Origin: a virus
Lineage: Duplodnaviria > Caudoviricetes
Reading direction: 5' to 3' (one strand)
Virus record (IMG/VR): IMGVR_UViG_3300020470_000042
Location: 1 to 42,474 of that record
Length of the DNA stretch: 42,474 nt
In this document: positions 36,870 to 42,474 of the stretch, one piece after another
How positions within the stretch are numbered: the first letter of the stretch is position 1
How the letters are laid out: each line of letters begins with the position of its first letter
The notes under the pieces: generated by a model
The model's database searches: none
What the model was told of the DNA's origin: nothing
Seen by the model: only the letters and a program-made list of their open reading frames with translations
Position numbers and translations under genes: made by a program

Positions 36870-37290
36870 ATTCTAACCATTCTCCTTTCCATAATTTTTT
36901 TGGACTTTCATCAGTATATGCTTTTATAAAAATAATACTTTTGCATCCAGTATTCATTAAGAGTTTTGTGCAAGTGTTGCAAGGACTTGTCGTAATGTAC
37001 GCGGTTTGTATTCTAAAAACATCTCGACACTGGAGTATAGCATTTTGCTCAGCGTGTATCGCTTCACATTTATCCAACCCCTGTCCACTAGGATATTTAA
37101 CACCGGGACAATTGTGATCGATGCAATGGGTAACACCGGAAGCCACACCGTTATAGCCAGTAGCCAACACGTGCTTATTACGATCCACAAGCACACAACC
37201 AACAGCACGTCGAGCACACGTCCCACGAGTTGCCACCAACGATGCCATAGAGAGAAAATACTCATCTTCAGATGGACGTAAGCGTTCCAT
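36793..37290 (-). CDS. dCMP deaminase
   Basis: R.TC.RR.VG, ATGYNG, HAEQNA and SPC..C zinc motifs. Confidence 0.92.
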   Translation of the reverse strand: MERLRPSEDEYFLSMASLVATRGTCARRAVGCVLVDRNKHVLATGYNGVASGVTHCIDHNCPGVKYPSGQGLDKCEAIHAEQNAILQCRDVFRIQTAYITTSPCNTCTKLLMNTGCKSIIFIKAYTDESPKKLWKGEWLEYGPIKYVFTRSNLETTNRPSGSVEC

Positions 37291-38035
37291 GCTTTGCCGC
37301 CTCCCATAGCCAGTTTGTTAGTTGATCGGGTTCTTCAAATTTCCATAGAGGTAAATTCCATGCTATATGGTTTGGCACATTATCAGCTACTATTTCTTCT
37401 GCTGTTTCTACATTAATCTCATATAAATGTTGTGAACCTGCGTTTAAATACAAATAGCCTAAGTCATAATTAAGACCTTTAATTTTTCTTAAATATAATA
37501 ATATATAACGACTAATCATACTCATATTAAAAACATCATAAGGCCAACCAAGCCATATATCAGAAGATCTCATCGTATCTATACAATGCAATGTCATATC
37601 TCGTATAACCCACTGCAAAGATAAGGTACAAGGAACGTCTTTTGTTTTAGGAGGACACTCTCTCCAGATATTAATAACTGCTTGTCGACTGGATTGGTCA
37701 TCAGCTAAACATTTGACAACATAGTGTATTTGATCTCTAATCTTTGGTCCATAGGCACCAAAGAATGTAATATCATCATCACTAAATTTACCAATGTCAC
37801 GAGAATATGGTGTTATGGTACTAGTACGGTTATCTCCTGATAATATCCATGCAGCTTCTGCTGCCATAAATTTATAACCTAGTTTTCTTTTTGGCACATT
37901 TAAAACTGGATCTTTCATATCAACTATAGTTTGATAAGAGCATAGTTCGCGACAAGATAGTCCTCTAGGCTTTGTAATATTTCCTGCCAAAAGTTCACCT
38001 AAGGCTCTGTACCATTCATCATTAATTGATTTCAT
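37268..38035 (-). CDS. thymidylate synthase homologue, probable dCMP methylase/hydroxymethylase
   Basis: GAYG, SRQA, VPC (C136), MRSSD, HLY motifs; Asp167 in LGWPYD where dUMP enzymes have Asn. Confidence 0.85.
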   Translation of the reverse strand: MKSINDEWYRALGELLAGNITKPRGLSCRELCSYQTIVDMKDPVLNVPKRKLGYKFMAAEAAWILSGDNRTSTITPYSRDIGKFSDDDITFFGAYGPKIRDQIHYVVKCLADDQSSRQAVINIWRECPPKTKDVPCTLSLQWVIRDMTLHCIDTMRSSDIWLGWPYDVFNMSMISRYILLYLRKIKGLNYDLGYLYLNAGSQHLYEINVETAEEIVADNVPNHIAWNLPLWKFEEPDQLTNWLWEAAKHGTLTSI

Positions 38036-38963
38036 GTTTAAATACCTCCACTAAGTTTGTGTTTTTATTTATGTCTGTAAAACAAGGATACTGTTTACTT
38101 TTTGCACCAAGATTTACAGCAATTATCTTTTTATCTGGATACCTTTCTATTAGGCCATTAATAAGCTTGTCAGATTTAACATCAGCATACATAAATAAAC
38201 TTTCAGGAAGGTTTAAATCATGTATTGATTGCGTCCACCAATCGTAACCAGATGAATAGTAAAAAGGCCAATACATTTCTCTAAAGCTTGCATCAAAGTT
38301 ATCTCCTATTACTAAATATTTAGATGTTGCTGCATGACCTGTCATACCCCAGTTAGTGTATTCTAATACAGGACTGTATTGTTTTTCACGCCATGATCTA
38401 GATAATTCATAAACACGCTCGATAAACAAATCCATAGAATTACCCCATTTAGCAATAGAATAATCAATAACATCAGGAAAATCTTTAATACCTCCAGTAC
38501 GAATAAGTTGGTCTATATATTGACCATCATCAATATGTGTACTTTCTCCATGCCACAGTTTAAAATAAAGTTTGACGACACCAGTTATGTCATCATACAT
38601 TTCTTCTCTCTGAGACTTTAACTCGGCGTGATTTGATATTGCTTTTTCGAAACTCTCTGGTAAGCAGTACACATAGATCACGCCAAATTTTTTTGCAATA
38701 CGATCGCAAAGTCTACCTTGCAATGGCCATTCACTACCATCTCGATAGTTTTTAGCATACACTGCTTCAGTTGGCCACCACCTGTCAATAACAATAGGAC
38801 GTCTTTTTCTTGCAGCATATCTTATTGCTGCTGTATGGTAGTCAAAAATCCTATCTGCCCATCGATAAGTAATATGTAAGTATTCTGCCTGTAGTCTTTC
38901 GCACATTTTGCGTGCCAAAGTTGTTTTACCGACCCCATCAGGTCCATCAAGAACTATTATCAT
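38022..38963 (-). CDS. dNMP kinase fused to a UDG-like C-terminal domain
   Basis: IIVLDGPDGVGKTT P-loop, IDRWWPTE.VY; C-terminal G...SKYLVIGD...YWPF. Confidence 0.8.
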   Translation of the reverse strand: MIIVLDGPDGVGKTTLARKMCERLQAEYLHITYRWADRIFDYHTAAIRYAARKRRPIVIDRWWPTEAVYAKNYRDGSEWPLQGRLCDRIAKKFGVIYVYCLPESFEKAISNHAELKSQREEMYDDITGVVKLYFKLWHGESTHIDDGQYIDQLIRTGGIKDFPDVIDYSIAKWGNSMDLFIERVYELSRSWREKQYSPVLEYTNWGMTGHAATSKYLVIGDNFDASFREMYWPFYYSSGYDWWTQSIHDLNLPESLFMYADVKSDKLINGLIERYPDKKIIAVNLGAKSKQYPCFTDINKNTNLVEVFKHEIN

Positions 38964-39369
38964 TTTTCTTTTCCCATGGAAAATTAAATTCTAGCTGCTC
39001 ATTTAGCACTGTTTTTAAATCTGGTGCTTTCCAGCCTTTTGGTTTAATTACGTCAAACTTGTCAGATCGATCTGATTTACCTTTAATTTTCTGCATATTA
39101 GCAATATGTACCGTTTTAAAAGCTCTAATAAAAGTAGGGTTTTTAATACCATGCAAATCAGCAGTTCCTAAAGCAACATAGATCAAGTCAACTAAAGCGT
39201 CAAGCTTATCTTCAAGCGTTTCAGCTTTTACATATTCCTCGAGTTCTTCAATTAAAAAATGAATACGAAAATTAGATAAATCTTCAGGTAGCATACGAAG
39301 GGGTCCTTCGTATGCCATACCAAATTTTTCATGAAAAGCTCTTACGGTACCTACGGATACCCAACTCAT
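38947..39369 (-). CDS. MazG-like (all-alpha) dNTP pyrophosphohydrolase
   Basis: FHEKFG, EELEEY, DALVDLIYV, VH.ANM.K and KPKGW..PDL motifs; start set by ATGA overlap with the upstream gene. Confidence 0.88.
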   Translation of the reverse strand: MSWVSVGTVRAFHEKFGMAYEGPLRMLPEDLSNFRIHFLIEELEEYVKAETLEDKLDALVDLIYVALGTADLHGIKNPTFIRAFKTVHIANMQKIKGKSDRSDKFDVIKPKGWKAPDLKTVLNEQLEFNFPWEKKNDNSS

Positions 39370-40229
39370 GGTTGTAGTTCCTGCCATACTTCAGAGCTGC
39401 CCCATCTGCCTTCGACATCTCTTAAATTAGGAAACTTACGAGTCATATTACCAACTTTGCATTGCCATAATACATTACGACTGTATTGAGGAACTAAAGG
39501 CGCCATAACAGTAGCAAGATAATTAGTATCATAATAATCTCGTAACTGATCCCACACTTCTCTTTGTGCTGGTGTTAGCATGTCTTTATAATCTTTCATA
39601 CTCGCAAACGTACCCCAATGACCTTCGATCTCGAATCCGGTATCTTCTAATACCGCACCAAAAGCTTGATACGTCATCTCGTTTACGTGGTTCTTAGCAG
39701 CACCAACGTGTTCATCATAGCATGGCGTAGAAATAAATAGTCTGCCTGATTCAGGTTCTAATAACTCTAAAAATTTAGCTAACATTCTACGACAATGCTC
39801 AGGTTCAACGTGTTCTGCTACTTCAAAACAGCTTATAACTGTAGGCTTTTCATCTATAGTATATTGATCTGAAATATCATTATTATATATTTTTAAATCG
39901 CAGACGTCTGTTTTACCCCACATAGCATGAGGTTTCCAAGATGCATTACGGAATTGCTCAGGCGTGATAAGTGGAACCATGTCCACAGCACCATACCAAG
40001 CTGGTCCCATACGACTGCTATGCAGTAATTTAGCTAGCGGCATTTCTTTACCACAACCAACATCTAATACTCTTGCTGATTTATATCGTCCGCTTGTCCC
40101 TAAAAATTTAACGACATGCGTCCATCTTAAACAATGAGCAATATAGTCTCTGTGAAGAAACCCTCTTTGCTCGGCTTGATCGATACTAAGAAAAGTAGTA
40201 TCCACTGTTTTTCCTCTGGCATTAGCCAT
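39366..40229 (-). CDS. class I SAM-dependent methyltransferase (small-molecule type)
   Basis: HRDY.AH..RW, VLDVGCG, FEVAEHV and FISTP motifs; no DPPY/NPPY or PC motif in DNA-MTase context. Confidence 0.88.
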   Translation of the reverse strand: MANARGKTVDTTFLSIDQAEQRGFLHRDYIAHCLRWTHVVKFLGTSGRYKSARVLDVGCGKEMPLAKLLHSSRMGPAWYGAVDMVPLITPEQFRNASWKPHAMWGKTDVCDLKIYNNDISDQYTIDEKPTVISCFEVAEHVEPEHCRRMLAKFLELLEPESGRLFISTPCYDEHVGAAKNHVNEMTYQAFGAVLEDTGFEIEGHWGTFASMKDYKDMLTPAQREVWDQLRDYYDTNYLATVMAPLVPQYSRNVLWQCKVGNMTRKFPNLRDVEGRWGSSEVWQELQP

Positions 40230-40446
40230 GTTTTTTCTCCTCTATATAACCACCAGAAATTAATAATCCTTTATAATAAGATAATAATCTAGTAGCTTCT
40301 TGTTTAGATTTAACGTCGAGTTGTATTTGATCAATTAGATCTTGTTTACTTATAGATCCTTTGGCCTCAACGATATTTAAAATGGACCTGGCTTGTTTAG
40401 CCAGGCCCTTTGTTGAAGCCTTTACAAACGTAAAGGTAATTTTCAT
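40222..40446 (-). CDS. small winged-helix-like protein
   Basis: LAKQA..I...KSKQ...RLLSYY...LISGGYI; paralogue of the 41535 gene C-terminus. Confidence 0.7.
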   Translation of the reverse strand: MKITFTFVKASTKGLAKQARSILNIVEAKGSISKQDLIDQIQLDVKSKQEATRLLSYYKGLLISGGYIEEKKHG

Positions 40447-41405
40447 TAAGCTGCCTCCGCATACTCCGTTGCTAGTTCCAGCGCACGCCGTTTAGTTGCA
40501 GCACGTGGTCCAAACCATGCAGAGTGGAGACTTGCGTCTCGCTTATTACCAGCTTTGTGATCGGTATAATAAGTAACAGCATTTAATGCAGACCACCAAG
40601 ATCCAGAGCTCATCTTCGCACCTGGCTGAGTATATAATAACTCGTGCACTGTCTCACAGGTCCTGTTATATTGTGTACGATCTACGTCCTTCTCGCCATC
40701 AATTAAAACTGGCTGGAATAACTTGGCAATAAATCGATCAAGTACAGCATCATCATATTGCTTAGATGCAAGAAATTTAGCTTGCTCTTCAAATTTTTCT
40801 AGTTGTGAAGATGCAAGACCCAAAGCTTCTTGTGCTGCCATTTGAACAGAAGCATCAAATGCCTTAATGTGAGGAAGTCGAAACCTCTCTCCTGCTTGAC
40901 CCAAAGCCATAGTCAATGTATTATTACATACGACCCTGACTGGAGTAAACATTATCGTCATTGACTTACCCCATTGATGAGGCTGAGAAATAAGCAAATG
41001 CCCTTGGACTTCGTCTTTGCCTGGAAGTTTAAAACCTTGCTGAATATTTGCAAGACCCCAAACCTGTCGACCATTATCCAAGGAACCTGCTGTTCCCATC
41101 GTCATGTCACCTTTTTTTACAAACGAATCAAAAAATTGAAACACATCAGAATTTTGAATTGGAACGTAATTCTTACCGCAAGGACCTAAGATATACTTAT
41201 CTGAGTCCCTCACTAATAAGTTCCAGTCATCTGACTTTATGTAAGTATCATTATCTTTCACTTCGGCTGGTCTCTTGCTTACAGTCCAATCTAATCCTGC
41301 TGCCTTCATCATTTCTGCTGGCGTAAGATTATCTTCGACCTTGGTACCAAGACCGTGCCACGGGACTTCACCCGCGTATGCCATTGTTTCTACTTTATGT
41401 GCCAT
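40446..41405 (-). CDS. DUF932-family (phage/plasmid-like TIGR03299) protein
   Basis: PWHGLG, AGLDW.V, Y.PIQN, TAGSL..GR.VW, TPVRVVCNNTL and W.ALNAVT.Y.DH motifs. Confidence 0.9.
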   Translation of the reverse strand: MAHKVETMAYAGEVPWHGLGTKVEDNLTPAEMMKAAGLDWTVSKRPAEVKDNDTYIKSDDWNLLVRDSDKYILGPCGKNYVPIQNSDVFQFFDSFVKKGDMTMGTAGSLDNGRQVWGLANIQQGFKLPGKDEVQGHLLISQPHQWGKSMTIMFTPVRVVCNNTLTMALGQAGERFRLPHIKAFDASVQMAAQEALGLASSQLEKFEEQAKFLASKQYDDAVLDRFIAKLFQPVLIDGEKDVDRTQYNRTCETVHELLYTQPGAKMSSGSWWSALNAVTYYTDHKAGNKRDASLHSAWFGPRAATKRRALELATEYAEAA

Positions 41406-41428
41406 ATATACTTTCTCCTTTCTGGCTA

Positions 41429-41478
41429 GCAGAGTCGAGGGGGATTAACCCTTACGAAAAAACCCCCCGACCACCTGC
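41429..41478 (-). promoter_or_regulatory. long 5' leader hairpin upstream of the DUF932 gene
   Basis: GCAG..GTCG-GGGGGTT ... C-GTAA-G ... AATCCCCC-t-CGAC-t-CTGC. Confidence 0.55.
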
Positions 41479-41491
41479 AATTGGTATTACA

Positions 41492-41521
41492 CACCTATCA
41501 TGTATTAATTGGCATGTAAAC
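41492..41521 (-). promoter_or_regulatory. putative promoter of the DUF932/modification/polA operon
   Basis: GTTTACA-N17-TAGGTG (weak -10); spacer shares an 11-mer with the promoter at 542-571. Confidence 0.45.
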
Positions 41522-41534
41522 GGAAAAATGCAGT

Positions 41535-42014
41535 TTATTCCGCATTTCTCATTTTTAAGCTTCCAGCGCTAATCAATTGTGCTCGGTAATACTGAAATAT
41601 TCTCCATGCACTTTGCTTAGTTTTCAGCATACCATTGACCTTCGCTTCTTCAACCCAGATCTGGACTTCGCCTTCACTGTACCACTTGTCAGGGTCAGCC
41701 TTTGACTTCATCACTAGCGCTTGCCAAATATTATAAGCTTGCTTTGCAATCCCGCCACCAAATGGATCTTGGTTCTTTATTAAATACTCTCTGCCCTTTA
41801 TCTTAGGACGTCCAGTAGTTTTTGTTGCAGCTTTGTCAGCAATACCAACAAGTTGTGCTCCTGGTGATGTCAAAACCTCATTAATTTTTGACTTTGCAGC
41901 AGCCTTTTTCCGGTTTTCTTGTATTGCATGGTTCTTTGCAGCTCCAGGCGATACATTAAATATTTCAGGCATAAAACCTGTAACCGTTTTTGTTGTTGAC
42001 TTTTTCTTAGTCAT
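41535..42014 (-). CDS. basic protein with C-terminal winged-helix-like domain
   Basis: start behind GAAAGGAGAAAG; Lys-rich N-terminus, TGRPK, IAKQA...LKTKQ..WRIFQYYR..LISAG. Confidence 0.75.
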   Translation of the reverse strand: MTKKKSTTKTVTGFMPEIFNVSPGAAKNHAIQENRKKAAAKSKINEVLTSPGAQLVGIADKAATKTTGRPKIKGREYLIKNQDPFGGGIAKQAYNIWQALVMKSKADPDKWYSEGEVQIWVEEAKVNGMLKTKQSAWRIFQYYRAQLISAGSLKMRNAE

Positions 42015-42237
42015 TACTTTCTCCTTTCTCAATTAACGGACCATCAAGTTCTTGCCATGGATCTGTTTCCATTTTAACAACATCATAGTCCTCACAAATG
42101 TACAAATGGCTATTGCCACCTGTAACGACGATCCCACGAATACCAGTCATAAATGGATTCGCACGATTGCTAACGATCTTGACTTCTCGATCTTGGTCAT
42201 GAGTCGCTAGTATTTCTAATAGTTCTTTTACTACCAT
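42007..42237 (-). CDS. small early hypothetical protein (MVVKELLEIL...)
   Basis: start behind AGAAAGGAG; M.VKEL.E.L...D.D.EV motif common in phage early proteins. Confidence 0.75.
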   Translation of the reverse strand: MVVKELLEILATHDQDREVKIVSNRANPFMTGIRGIVVTGGNSHLYICEDYDVVKMETDPWQELDGPLIEKGESND

Positions 42238-42259
42238 TATTTTCTCCTTTCTATTAAGC

Positions 42260-42289
42260 ATTCTACGACATTTGTTCGATAATGTACAC
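42260..42289 (-). promoter_or_regulatory. putative strong early promoter
   Basis: A-rich tract, then GTGTACA-N17-TAGAAT, just upstream of the RBS of the first minus-arm gene. Confidence 0.7.
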
Positions 42290-42345
42290 TTATTTATTTT
42301 AGCGCCAATAACCAATAACCAGGTTACTGTTATTTTATGTATAAA

Positions 42346-42362
42346 ATCAATAAGTTATTGAT
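42346..42362. promoter_or_regulatory. 17-bp palindrome containing overlapping IHF-like sites
   Basis: ATCAATAA-G-TTATTGAT; AATCAATAAGTTA (42345-42357) matches WATCAANNNNTTR. Confidence 0.6.
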
Positions 42363-42363
42363 G

Positions 42364-42379
42364 TATTGTATTTATTGGC
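42364..42379. repeat. 16-bp inverted repeat, partner of 930-945
   Basis: exact reverse complement of 930-945. Confidence 0.85.
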
Positions 42380-42386
42380 AGTTTGG

Positions 42387-42474
42387 CTATTTTTTTTATT
42401 TTTTTTTTATTTTTTCCTTATACTAATAATGCCAATATGGAAATAAAAAAGGGCGAACATACGCTCGCCCTCTA
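42387..42474. repeat. terminal direct repeat, right copy
   Basis: 88-nt copy of the first 89 nt; indicates a complete or circularly closed genome. Confidence 0.95.

Noticed and set aside
37268-38035. Annotation as ordinary thyA
   Set aside because: The specificity residue is Asp rather than Asn, and the gene context is a modification-type operon
39366-40229. DNA adenine or cytosine methyltransferase
   Set aside because: Lacks DPPY/NPPY and the motif order of C5 DNA methyltransferases; motifs fit small-molecule class I enzymes
1-42474. Prophage, integrase, CRISPR array or tRNA genes
   Set aside because: No recombinase motifs, host flanks, regularly spaced repeats or cloverleaf structures were seen

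Overview
The window is an apparently complete ~42.4 kb, AT-rich podovirus genome, probably from a marine proteobacterial host (inference), bounded by a near-identical 88/89-nt terminal repeat. The + strand arm (1014-27937) is a BPP-1/epsilon15/HTVC010P-style morphogenesis module: terminase, GNAT, portal, scaffold, capsid, tail tube proteins, four internal virion proteins, a tail fibre, a tandem array of small adhesin-like genes and a lysis cassette. The - strand arm (42237 to 27909, plus three small genes at 110-503) holds early genes, a nucleotide-modification operon and a replication module (Leu762-type family A polymerase, nuclease, SSB-like protein, primase, SF1 and SNF2 helicases). I see no RNA polymerase, integrase, tRNA, CRISPR array or reverse transcriptase. 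Highlights: (1) a 1181-aa ejection protein with an inserted HipA/PI3K-like kinase and an R-S-E ADP-ribosyltransferase, probably a virion-injected double effector; (2) a coupled operon of SAM methyltransferase, MazG-like pyrophosphatase, dNMP kinase with a UDG-like tail, an Asp-type (dCMP-directed) thymidylate synthase homologue and dCMP deaminase directly upstream of polA, predicting modified cytosine; (3) a family of GTKTAC-N17-TAGAAT promoters, a structured capsid leader RNA, a hairpin-bridged RBS for primase, and an IHF/iteron/inverted-repeat architecture around the genome junction. All calls come from reading motifs by eye; no searches were run.
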